A program made the translations under genes and the position numbers. A DNA stretch of 64,000 nt, taken from the NCBI GenBank assembly GCA_951406725.2, contig OX597826.1, positions 40,052,001 to 40,116,000 on the forward strand, in the 5' to 3' direction. Below, one piece after another: positions 13,721 to 25,544 of the stretch. Each line of letters starts with the position of its first letter. Position 1 is the stretch's first letter. The stretch is from Octopus vulgaris (taxonomy: Eukaryota). The notes below the pieces were generated by a model, which saw only the letters and a program-made list of their open reading frames with translations, ran no database searches and was not told the origin of the DNA.

Positions 13721-14907
13721 TATGTATGCATTTATTTATAAATAAGTATGTATGTATTTATATGTACGTATGCATTATTTATATGTATGTATCTATGTAT
13801 GTATGCAAGTACGTATGTATACATTTATGTATGTCGTAAGATTACTTTAGTTTTGGGAATCCCTGAAAGGAATTATGATAGAAAGCGTCTGAGTTTTAGA
13901 TTTTACTAATTTGATTTGTAGGAATTATTTGCTAACGTAAAATACAAACTTAAACTATAAGTAGATTCTTTTTCAGACATCAAACGTGTCAATGATAAAC
14001 CTCATGTGATAGTGCAGATAGGATTTTGTGACAGTAAACAGAGAAAATCAGCAATGGCAGCGCACCTTGCGCTTCGATTTGATTGTTTTGTTGTTCTTGT
14101 AGATGAATTTTCTCACCACTTATCTTTCCCTCTTTTACTAAAATATCAGATTATCAACTTGCGGTCTACGAATTCATATAAATGTCTTTGGCAGGGAGTT
14201 CATTTCTTTATAGATAAGGCAGAGAAATCCTCATTACCACACCTTAATTATCACTGTTGAGAATTAGATGCAGAAAGTATCGGCTACTCAACAGATTGGC
14301 TATCTAAAAGAAATTACGCTGTTGCCATATATGTATTGCTCACACACAGTGCTCTGGACGGTAGAGAACACTTGACTATGCAGCGATACCACAGCCTAAT
14401 ACTATTCATCATGTTTTGTCTTTCAATTGTTTTGAGTCGAGGTTAGTTTTTATCAAGTAGACCAATGAACGACATAGTTCCTTTCGTAACCATTCGGCCA
14501 TTTTCGTTTACACGGTACACGCAGCACAACAATATCCAAACTATTATACTTTCTGCAGATACTTGACAGTTGAGGGAGTTCTGACTCCCTCATCTGCCAA
14601 ATATCTAGCATATCGACCGACGCCAACATTGTAAACTGACGTTTGATAGGTCCGTTTGCAATAGAATTACTTAAAATATATTTTATATATGAGAGTCTGG
14701 TCTGGCAAGCAGATTGTTATTTGACATACATTTCAATGCACATACAAGGTCCGTTTCATTTCACAATAATTCTCTTGAACAAGATGTTTCGTTTTGTACC
14801 ACAAATATGTGTGTGAGTGTGTGTGAATGTATGCGTGTATTTATACATACATACACATACATACACATATATACATTTATATATATATATATATATATAT
14901 ATATGCA

Positions 14908-14987
<80 letters not shown>

Positions 14988-17720
14988 GCCATACATATAA
15001 TCACATAAACGAAAATTGTATACATAATAAATGAGTAACTAACTTGGATTACAGTGTGCATGTTATCTAATAGAAATTATTAGAATTGATGTTGTTTATC
15101 ATACTTATCAGAAGCTTGGCTTCCGCATTATAGCACTTCCAATTATTGTATTATTTGAAGCAGGCGTAATAACTAATATATTTTACTCAGTCGTTTGAGC
15201 AATTTACAAGCGTTCAAAAAGTTCCCCGCATTATCTTTCTTCTTAAACTGGATGTTTCGTTGATTTTGAATTTCAAGAAAAATTAATTCTCTTTGTTTTC
15301 AACTGAAAGATCGATTTGTCAAGAAATAATAATAATAACTTACGCTAAATACTTTATAGATGTCTTGGTGCGTATTTACAACAATTTGTTTGATTTTATG
15401 TGCTGTTAAAATTCGATATGTAAGGGGTGTAATAAAATAAATAGAGAGACATTTGTAAGTTTCTATACTTAGTCAATGTTTTTATGCTTTTAGTCACAAA
15501 TTATGTTGTTATGTATTATGCTGTTACGTACAAGAAAGTCATACGCTGTCAGTTTCTAAAGTTAGCCGAAAGAAATACAAAACAAAATAAGTAAACATCG
15601 AGCCGACTATTCTCTAATTATAATCGCTTCTCTCAACAAACAATGAATCAGTGTTTTACAACTGTAAACCATATCAAACTACACTTCTCAGAGTTCGTGA
15701 AACACTTCTCTAGTTTAGTGAATACTTGTTTTAAATTCAAAATCAACTTGAATATGAATTGAAAGCATCAATATTTCAATAATTATTTTTTATATGAATC
15801 TCCACATCTTAGAAGAAAAAAACCCTCGAAAATTACATTCACAGAACCGTGGCAAGTGATATCACACCTACAGCTGTCTACAAGTGCAATGCTTAAAGAA
15901 AATCTGGTCTACCAGAACTACTAATGATCCTTATATGGCTCTTGCAGTTCTGAGTCTAGTAGACATACATTGAAGATGGAACAAACCTGGGTACATGTTT
16001 GGCGATCTTTTTCTAAGTCCACAGTAACTTAAATACTAAGTCAACTCCAGTTTAAGTGCTACATTGGTTCTTGTTATTGATCTGGTTTAGAAAAAGAGGG
16101 ATTTGCAAGATTTCTGAGGCTGATGAGACTGCTACCGTTGTCGCCCACCGCAGGAAGGTCATGTGCAGGGACAGAATCTGAAGGACGTGGCAAAGTTATT
16201 AGAATGGGAGGAAGAGAGGAGGCTACAATACTAGTAATTCAGAGATTGAGAAATAAATTTGCAGAGAGTGACTGGGTGTTGATACCGTGATATTAGTCTG
16301 ATCTATGGAGTGTAAACTATTTTAATAGGAGTAGAAATAGTTGAGAGAAGAGATAACATATAGGATAAGTTTGGGAAGGTATTTGTGACTTCATGGCACG
16401 AGTTTCGTTGGGGACGCTACACTGAATAAGGTTAAGGATATAGTAATAGAATCCTAAATATGGTATCACTACATCCATTGTGGGGTTCCCCTCAATTTTA
16501 TAGACAGTTGATAATTTGCAGTAGCTAAATATATTCTGACACACAACAGAAATGTCAAACCAAGTTCTCTTAACTTTGTATGGTGCTTATCGTTGGCGGT
16601 TACATTTCGTGCCCAAGAATTCTAATATTCTTTTGATGGACTGGTTTCTGCACGTTGATGGTGATGGTGATGATGATGGAGAAAAACAATCTTTGAGTGA
16701 AATAGGCTTGAAAAAACCATGGCAATAAACATTTGATGTTATGTTGTTGCTGCATTTAAGTTTTTAAAGATTTTCAACTTTTCTCAAATTCAAAAAGCCA
16801 GATCCGGAGGTAATAGAGTGACGCCATTCGAAGAGGTCTTGTATTTTAGCTTCCCACGATATAGTGGCGCGCTATTTTTGTAAGTAACTTGTAGTTTTTA
16901 GTTTAGTTTTTTCGAGTCTATAGCCACCAGCTTACAAAATCGATCTCAAACTTGTTAATAAATACATTTGTTTCTTCTCTGTTCTGTTTTATTATAACTA
17001 TATTTTCTTGTTGCTTTGAAGGTAGTGAAAACTGTATAACTTTTTCGTAAATTTAAGATATTATCGAAAATGTCAGTAACGCACTTACGTGATGTTTCGC
17101 TGTGTGATTTGAAATAATGACCTTTCAAATTTACGTCTGAAATGTATAGAGAAAATTCAAACACTCATGAACAAGAGATAGTTACGGGGAGGACGGAAAT
17201 CGAATCTGTGTTTAACAAGTAAAACCAAATTCTGACAAAATGTCTAATCCTGTTGTTTGCTTCGATAATCACAAGAAATATTTTCTTTATGTCATCTTCC
17301 GTAAGGTGTCAAAATCGATGAGTGAAACGCGATTTTATATTAAGGATAAGAAATCAAGTAATCATATTTAGAATTCGAATATTCGAATAATTACTGCCAA
17401 TGCCGCATCTTTAAAATGCAAACAACAAAAACATGGGCAAATAAAATACACTCAGTCAGATGTGGAGCGGGGCAAGCTGCAGGAATCATCATTAGAGATT
17501 CTGTCGAAAGCCAAATAACTGACATCCAAATGAAGCTAACCATAAGTAAATAAATGTGATTGGGTGACAAATTACACACAAGCACATACAAACAAACGCA
17601 CACGCGCGCTCACACACACACACACACATACACACACACACACACACACGGGACCCACATACACTCACACAGGCGTGCATACTAATCATCATCGTTTTAA
17701 CGTGTACATTTCCATACTTC

Positions 17721-18190
17721 TTTGGGTAAGACGAGATTCTTTGAAACATTTTCCACGACCGGATGCGTTTTCAATTGCCAGTTCATCTGTTTCTAACCGA
17801 GATAATATTTCCCCAAGTTCAAGCATTTTTGACAGAAGATCATTATGTGCGTATGTATGTATGTATGTATGCTTATTTGTGTGTGTACGTGTATGTGAGT
17901 GTGTATGATGTGGAAATACATATATACTTGAATATTACATATTTGGTCATCCATTACTTTCGTTGATACCCCACTCCCTACAACAAATATGTTATGGAGA
18001 TAAAGGCTAGCAGTGTCATGCACACACATATATATTTATATATATATGAATAGATATATAATATAAATAATATATATATGCGTATATATACATATATTAT
18101 ATATGGGTACAGTACGTCACTAACTGTACACAACAGAACATAGAATTACAGAGGTAGAGAAGTTTAAAAGTACTTCTGAAAGCACTGATA
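17721..18190 (+). repeat. Local direct duplication, copy A1 (partners 20204-20685 and partial 20762-20846)
   Basis: TTTGGGTAAGACGAGATTCTTTGAAA...GAAAGCACTGATATA is repeated with high identity. Confidence 0.9.
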
Positions 18191-18207
18191 TATATATATA
18201 TATATAT

Positions 18208-18781
18208 AACATTATTGGTGAATTGAAGAAATGGAGCTGAACGCAGATTGAACAGAAATCGTTTTATTTCATTCTACACGTGTTTCGAAAGGCACAAATT
18301 ACCAAAATCCGATGGAATAATGGGACCATATTGTGTCTTTCTCTTCAGGAAGAAAATAGGAAATCTGTTGGAAAAACAAAAACAGAACAGAGGCGGAGCA
18401 AAAACAAATCGAACTATGCTCCTATGGGCTCTTAGGAGCATAGTTCGATTTGTTTTTGCTCCGCCTCTGTTCTGTTTTTGTTTTTCCAACGGATTTCCTA
18501 TTTTCTTCCTGAAGAGAAAGACACAATATGGTCCCATTATTCCATCGGATTTTGGTAATTTGTGCCTTTCGAAACACGTGTAGAATGAAATAAAACGATT
18601 TCTGTTCAATCTGCGTTCAGCTCCATTTCTTCAATTCACCAATAATGTTCTAATTTCAATTATCCGCACCAACGCACGGTTGCAACACCATATGGTTGTA
18701 CCTCCAACCGTGCTGTTTTACTGCTGTGATTTTTGCTACTAAGGTATCGGTTAAACTGTTGATTAATCTACTACATTTCAC

Positions 18782-18788
<7 letters not shown>
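18208..18788. mobile_element. Palindromic HHR-bearing insert in (TA)n (Penelope pLTR-like): 217-bp inverted arms plus about 140-bp tail
   Basis: Arms 18208-18424 and 18433-18649 are reverse complements (one mismatch seen), with an 8-nt spacer. (TA)n on both sides. Confidence 0.85.
18502..18591 (+). ncRNA. Type-I hammerhead ribozyme (mirror copy on minus strand, 18266-18355)
   Basis: Core CTGAAGA 18509-18515. Stem II is GAAAG-A-CACAA / TTGTG-C-CTTTC with a long loop. GAAAC 18571-18575, palindromic loop III ACGT, then GTA (predicted cleavage after 18582). Stem I is TTTC-TTC / GAA-T-GAAA. Confidence 0.8.
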
Positions 18789-18820
<32 letters not shown>

Positions 18821-18875
18821 CAGTGCTTTAGAAGCACTTTTAAACTTCTCTTCGTGTGTGTTTCTGTCTGTCTGT

Positions 18876-18945
<70 letters not shown>

Positions 18946-19244
18946 CTCACTCTTTCCCTATGTGAAGAACAAATAATGTAATCACTCCTGATGACCCGTT
19001 AATGTTCAAGCAGAACTTGCCCAATTTTCCCTGTTTTATACAAACAGGGAATATTAACCTTGGGATTTATTTGCATATCGATGCAAAATGCATGCTTATG
19101 AAAAGTAAACATGTCACAATTTCTGTATGTCAGAGTGTATTGCGTGTTTTTGTGCCTGCCTGAATGTATGAAAAGGGTGAGGAAAATCTTTGCAACACTA
19201 TGGTCATTTCCATGATATTCTACAAATATGCGTCAACACTGCCC

Positions 19245-20206
19245 TCAAATCTTACGCAATGGAGATATCTAAGATAGGCAGAAGACGTCATAGAAGTCCA
19301 ACTGACTGCATCAATGAATGGTCTTGATTGATACTTTCTATTATCGACCCTGGAAAGATGAGAGGCGAAGTTGTTCTCTGAGCGATTTGAACTCAGAACG
19401 TTAATAGCACAAACTATTATAACCAAAGCTCTGTCAATTCACTGCAATAAATAATTTATGATTTATACACTCACACATATACACACACTCACACATATAC
19501 ACACATGCACACATACATACATTACATATATATATTACATACATAAAACACCATAAAATTTGAAGGAAGAACTGTCGATTTTATCGACCTCAGTACGTGA
19601 CTAGTATTTTCTATTGAAATCAAAGTTGACTGCTAATATTGATCTCGTCAGGATTTGAACTCACACCATAGTTCAGATATGCAGGAAACAAAAGATGAAA
19701 ACAGGTGAGGGGACAACAAGCATGTGTATTTATTTGACGTCGCTCGGAAAAATGGAAAAGTTTTTGACGTTTCGAGCTTGCGCTCTTCAACAGAAAGCGT
19801 CGAGATGGAAAAAAAAATGGAGACAGAACGAAAAAAAACGGACAGAGAGAAAACGTGCAGTATTGACGGTTCAACATGATGAAATGATCGGAAGAATTAG
19901 TTCTTTCTTCAAATGTTATGGCCATGTATGTATGTAATATATGTATGTAATGTATGTATGTGTGCATGAGTGTATATGTGTGAGTGTATAAATCATAAAT
20001 TATTTATTGCAGTAAATTGACAGAGCTTTGGTTATAATAGTTTGTGCTATTAACGTTCTGAGTTCAAATCGCTCAGAGAACAACTTCGCCTTTCATCTTT
20101 CCAGGGTCGATAATACAAAGTACCAACCAATACCATTCATTGATGTAGTCGATTGGACTTCTATGACGTCTTCTGCCTATCTTAGATATCCGTATTGCGT
20201 AAGATT
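19245..20206. repeat. Local inverted duplication (arms about 19245-19573 and 19899-20206)
   Basis: The arms are near-identical reverse complements; ORFs 19220-19426(-) and 20028-20213(+) are near-identical. Each arm contains a SINE core fragment. Confidence 0.9.
19763..19796 (-). ncRNA. Minimal hammerhead-like motif with variant core
   Basis: TTT-CTGTTGAA-GAGC-gcaa-GCTC-GAAAC-GTC-AAA on the minus strand, within a repeat homologous to 22980-23120. Confidence 0.5.
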
Positions 20207-20680
20207 TGGGTAAGACGAGATTCTTTGAAATATATTTTCCACGACCGGATGCGTTTTCAATTGCCAGTTCATCTGTTTCTAACCGAGATAATATTTCCCC
20301 AAGTTCAAGCATTTTTGACAGAAGATCATTATGTGTATATGTATGTATGCTTATTTGTGTGTGTATGTGTACGTGAGTGTGTATGATGTGGAAATATATA
20401 CATACTTGAATATTACATATTTGGTCATCCATTACTTTCGTTGATACCCCACTCCCTATAACGAATATGTTGTTATGGAGATAAAGGCTAGCAGTGTCAT
20501 GCGCGCACACACACACACACATATATATATACATATTTATATATATATTTATGAATAGATATATAATATAAATAATATATATATATATGCTTATATATAC
20601 ATATACATATATTGGTACAGGACGTCACTAACAGTACACAATTACAGACGTAGAGAAGTTTAAAAGTACTTCTGAAAGCA

Positions 20681-20724
<44 letters not shown>

Positions 20725-20846
20725 AGTGCTTTCAGAAGCATTTTTAAACTTCCTCTTCGTATTTGAAACATATTTTCTACGACCGGATGCGTTTTCAATT
20801 GCCAGTTCATCTGTTTCTAACCGAGATAATATTTCCCCAAGTTCAA
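20204..20846 (+). repeat. Direct duplication copy A2 (empty site for the 18.2-kb insert) plus partial copy A3
   Basis: Same sequence as 17721-18190 and 18819-18850, but with only (TA)n between them. 20762-20846 repeats the 5' part again. Confidence 0.9.
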
Positions 20847-22079
20847 GATAATAATGGTGGCCCGGCTGAAATAGGGTGCGTAAGCGCGTGTGTGTATGGG
20901 TTTAAGTGACCCAGTGCGTGCAGTGTGCCTATGGGCGTGTGTATATAAGTGTGAGGCTGTGTATAATTTGTGTGTGAGAGGTTACATATATATATATATA
21001 CATACATATACATATATATATACATATATAAAAATATGTATATATATATATTTATATACATAGTTGAAAAGTGTTTAAAAAGCCCTACAAATCAATTTTT
21101 TTAACTAAAGTATAAAGGTGGAAACAGCACGATTGTACTTTTAGCGATTGTTTTATATTTTTTACATTGAGTTACTTTTATAAAATATTATCGGTTTTGA
21201 TATGCATACGCATCTTATTAAGCATTGAATTCAATAGCAAATTTCTATTCAGGATATGACCAGCTCTGTGTGTGTCTGTGTTTGCGTGTGTGTCTTGCTT
21301 TTTGATGTATGTATGCATTTTGGAGGAGGAAATATTTTTGCGTCAAAATATTTTTTATTTCTTTTTATTCGAAAACTGGTCAGCTCCATATTCTGTGTTA
21401 AATGGGTTTCAATAATGTGGGTGGGTGGGCAATTATTTTATTGAATTAACAATTAACAAATTCCATTTCTATCGAGAATATGCTCAACTGCATGGTCAAC
21501 AATTGAATTGAAAGTGTTCAGAAAGTGTTATGCTTTGTAGTATGTGTGTGTGCGTGCGTGCGTACCTGTGTCTATGTGTGAGTGTCTTTGTTTAACTTTT
21601 GTGGTTTGTTTTTTCTGGTGTGCGTGTGTATGTGTGTTTGTATTTTATGGTGTGTGTGTGAGCGTGTGCTTTTTGTAGTGTGCGTGCGTGTGTGTGTGTG
21701 TGTGTGTTTAGTACTGTGTATGTATTTGTATTGTTGTTTGGAAATGTGTTGTTTCATTTTTAGTAATATTTTTGTGCGATTGTAATTATGTAGTGTGTGT
21801 GTATGATCGTTTCTTATTTGCGGTGCATGTCTGTTTTATTTGTGGTGAGTGTATGTTTTGTTTTCAGTGGTGTCTGCGTTTTGTTTGGGGAATATGTTTA
21901 GGGGTGGGGGGAATATGTTGTTTTCTATGTGGAGTGGGGGTGATTGCTTTCCTCTGTATGTGTGAGTGTGTGTGTGTGTGTGCGTGTGTTTCGTCTTTTG
22001 GGAATATATTGTTTTGTAGAAGGAATTATTTGTGTCAGAAATTTATTGAATAGCAGAATTATTTATGAATGTGTTCGTA

Positions 22080-22310
22080 AACTATAAATCCTTATTTATT
22101 AATGTTGGATGTCTCTATATTTAATGGTGGTTTATATTGGTTAATGATTTTTTTTCCTTATTTATTCTCTGTCGTTGAGCGAAAGAGTTCGAGCAATTGT
22201 ACAGGGGAGTGATTTTAAAGTTGGGTAAGTCTATTCTTGCACAATCTGCAATATGACTACTGATTTGTTTGGTAAATATTCTTTTTTGGATTGTGTGTTA
22301 CACTTCGCTT
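22080..22310 (-). mobile_element. Penelope-like element C-terminal remnant
   Basis: Degenerate minus-strand HIADC...NFKI...IINQYKPPLN resembles the EEFFITKYRPHLN terminus at about 29700. Confidence 0.45.
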
Positions 22311-22963
22311 CTGTCCAACCACAGTGCAAAACGCTTGTTATTGTTGAAAAGAATCCGTTTCTTATTACACGTAACAATACGATGCAAAAATGGTTCACTT
22401 TAATGCCGTGACCGCAAAAAGCAGCATGTTTCAGGACGACGTGTCAGTTGATGCTCGTTCAGGTCGTGTGATACACACTTGTCCAGTTTTGTTTCAGATG
22501 GTCCAGTACAGTTGGAATCGAAACATCAAATCTTGCTGGTAACTGACACGTAGTCTGAGATGTATCCGCTTCCACTACAGTTTCCAGATCATCATTATCC
22601 ACCTTGGTATCAGGTCTCTCACGAGGAAGATTCTCAAGAGTAAAGTCACCAGACCGGAATTTATCAAAACATCAACGTACAGTGCGCTCATTCGCTACAT
22701 CTTCACCAAACACCTCACTGATGTTTCAAGCTGTCTAGGATGCAATGGTTCTACGACGGATCTCATATTCATAAACAACACGAATTGTTGATCTATCGAT
22801 GTGCCCACAAAAATTGATTTCAACAGAAAACTTACAATATAATCGGAGACCATGATTTGCATTTCGAAAAGTGTTACTCTTCAAAGTTGTTAAACAAAGA
22901 ATTAAAAGAATCAAACTTTAAAGTTTACAACTGTCAAACTTGGTGCATAAATAATTTCGTCCT
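22310..22963 (-). mobile_element. Mariner transposon, 5' half (degenerate)
   Basis: Minus strand reads IRVVYEYE...NISEVFGEDVANERTVR*CFDKFRSGDFTLENLPR...VDNDDLETVVEADTSQTT, a mariner HTH region. KRILFNNNKR corresponds to the DEKWILYDN motif. Confidence 0.85.
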
Positions 22964-22996
22964 TAATGACCTGGTCCTTGTTTCTTCCTGCGTTCA

Positions 22997-23030
22997 TTTC
23001 TGTTGAAGAGCGTAGGCTCGAAACGTAAAA
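22997..23030 (+). ncRNA. Minimal hammerhead-like motif with variant core
   Basis: TTT-CTGTTGAA-GAGC-gtag-GCTC-GAAAC-GTA-AAA. Confidence 0.5.
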
Positions 23031-23139
23031 GACTTTTTCAATTCCTGAGCGTTATACTAATACATCTATTTGTTTTCTACACCACCTGTCTTCGTTTTTT
23101 GTTTTTTCGTGAACTCTCACCTGATATATATATATATAT

Positions 23140-23466
23140 TAAAAAGACTCCGCCGGTTACGACGACGAGGGTCCCAGCTGATACGATCAATGGAACAGCT
23201 TGCTCGTGAAATTAACGTGCAAATGGCTGAGCATTCCACAGACACGTGTACCCTTAACGTAGTTCTCGGGGATAATCAGCGTGGCACAGAGAGTGACAAG
23301 GCTGACCCTTTGAAATACAAGTACAACTCATTTTTGCCAGCTGAGTGGACTGGAGCAACGTGAAATAAAGTGTCGTGCTCAAGGACACAACGCGTCGCCG
23401 GGAATCGAACTCACAACCTTACGATCATGAGCCGAATGCCCTAACCACTAAGCCACGCGCCCTCAC
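23140..23466 (-). mobile_element. tRNA-derived SINE, full length
   Basis: Minus strand has A-box TGGCTTAGTGG, B-box GAGTTCGATTCCC, a CCTTGAGCA core-like motif and SINE body. Confidence 0.85.
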
Positions 23467-23547
23467 ATATATATATATATACATACATACATACATACAT
23501 ACATACATACATTCATACATACATACATACATATATACATATATACA

Positions 23548-23897
23548 TATTGCTGTATTTCGGAATGGTCATTTTGCCAGTTTAGCCAATAAAAACACAC
23601 GTACTATATATTTGGTGTTACTTTGCTTCAGTGTTATTTATTTTTTACATTAAACTTAATCTTATTTCGGCCAGAGTTCTTTTGTCACACTCCTATGACC
23701 GCATCAGTAGTGTGACGAAAGACCTCTGGTCGATATAAGATTAAGTTTAATGTAAAAAATAAATAACACTGAAGCAAAGTAGCACCAAATATATAGTGCG
23801 TGTGTTTTTATTGGCCAAACTGGCAAAATGACCATTCCGAAATACAACAATAACTGTTTCAACACACGATTTCACATAAAAAATCTTGCACAACAAA
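23548..23897. mobile_element. Palindromic insert in a TA-rich tract (144-bp arms, 17-nt spacer, tail) with degenerate HHR
   Basis: Arms 23548-23691 and 23709-23852. Minus strand reads CTGATGC-GGTCA...TGGCC-GAAA across the spacer and left arm. Confidence 0.75.
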
Positions 23898-23937
23898 TAT
23901 ATAAACATATATACATATATATATATATATATGGATA

Positions 23938-24034
<97 letters not shown>

Positions 24035-24053
24035 GTGTATGTATGTACGTATG

Positions 24054-24106
<53 letters not shown>

Positions 24107-24214
24107 GTGTATGTATGTACGTATGTATGTATGTATGTATGTATTGCAGATTTGTATGTTTTATGTATGTACTCTCATGCATATAGTTGCATATATAGAC
24201 ATGCTCATATATAT

Positions 24215-24900
24215 TTAAATGATAAACTTCTGGAAAGTTTTACAAACTTATATAGTTCCAATGATGAATTGTTTCTGTAGACTTCGAATTATCTTTCTTC
24301 GTTCTGGTTTTGAGAAGCCTAATTTCTCAAGATTGATATTTACGTATCCCAGAGTCTCAAAAATTAGAGGCAGAAACCTGAAGTTCCAATCTGGATAGAG
24401 TAGCTGCAGATTTCTCAATAGTTCAGCATAGGTGTTTCGCTTTTCAATGATCTTTAGTTTTATGTTAACATCCGCTGGGCAGCTAATGTCTACAACTGTG
24501 CACAGTTTCTGTTCTCTATCCCAAATTATATTAGGTCTGTTGTGTTTACATTTTATTGAGGTCTTCATTGGGACATTTCACCAGCATTCCTTATTTATTA
24601 TAAGAGGCTATGGATTCTACCATATTGTGGATTCTTGCTTCTTTGTCCGCGAGATTATCCTTCCGGCGGATTTCATTATTGTGTGCCGTAGCTACAACAC
24701 CATGTCTCATCGGTAGATAATACCGGGACGACATTTTCGGACAACTGCTTTTGATGTGGGTGATGTCTTCTGCGTGAATTCTGCAAATTCTGCATCGGTT
24801 GTCACATTTTACTGCTTTTCCTTCATCTCTGTCCCTTTTGTGCATCAGGTACTTGGTTGATACTTCATGTTCCTAGATTGCAAACGCAATGTATGTATGT
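24215..24900 (-). mobile_element. R4/Dong-like LINE 3' fragment (CCHC knuckle + REL)
   Basis: CRICRIHAEDITHIKSSC, MRHGVVA and HNRPNIIWDREQKLCTVVDISCP...EKRNTY. Confidence 0.85.
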
Positions 24901-25544
24901 ATATTTTCAGCAGAATCAACCTCAAGCAGTGTTTAGGCATAAGCAATCTTTAAGTCAGTTAAAATATGTTTCTGATATATTTCAACTTCTAAAGGCAAAT
25001 ACACAGCAGTTGTCGTGGAGAAACAAAGATGTAAAAAAAAAACCCATAAGGGTTTAGTGTTGGCCCCTGTCAAGTTACTAGATATAGTGCTTTTAAAACT
25101 TTCACTACAAGAGAGAATTTTAAAATAAACTTTACACACACATACACACACTCATACGCACACACACACACACACACGCACGCTCACACTCGTGTACACA
25201 CATGCATACACACACACACACACATATCATAGAGGGTGACTATGCACATGGAATCTGTCCCAAAGCAAAGAAAGCGTATTGTATCTAACCATTACTGAAT
25301 CAGATATTGATTTATATCACATTCTCTGAAAAATAGTGACGTTGGTTTCAGGTGTGCAACGGACTGAAACTCTGCTTCCCTGCATTTCTGACAGAGTGGA
25401 GAGGGGAGAAAGAGAAAGTGTGTGTATAATCCGATGTAAAACAAACAGATTTAAGGGAGAACGTGCTTTAGCACACGTTTTGTATTTTTTTGTCCTCTCA
25501 TTGATGTTTATATTCCAATATATATTGCCAACAGAAACACGTGT

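Noticed and set aside
16100-16650. Possible APE endonuclease remnant on the minus strand
   Set aside because: Only a vague LIQCSVP similarity; too degenerate to call.
17369-17392. ATTCGAATATTCGAAT palindrome, heat-shock-element-like
   Set aside because: Only two correctly phased nGAAn units and no promoter context.
17740-17845. Protein-like minus-strand stretch DLLSKMLELGEILSRLETDELAIENASGR in the duplicated block
   Set aside because: Short, no acceptor site seen, and the frame is disrupted between copies.
18248-18609. Two near-identical 111-aa ORFs on opposite strands
   Set aside because: Artefact of the palindrome; no protein signal.
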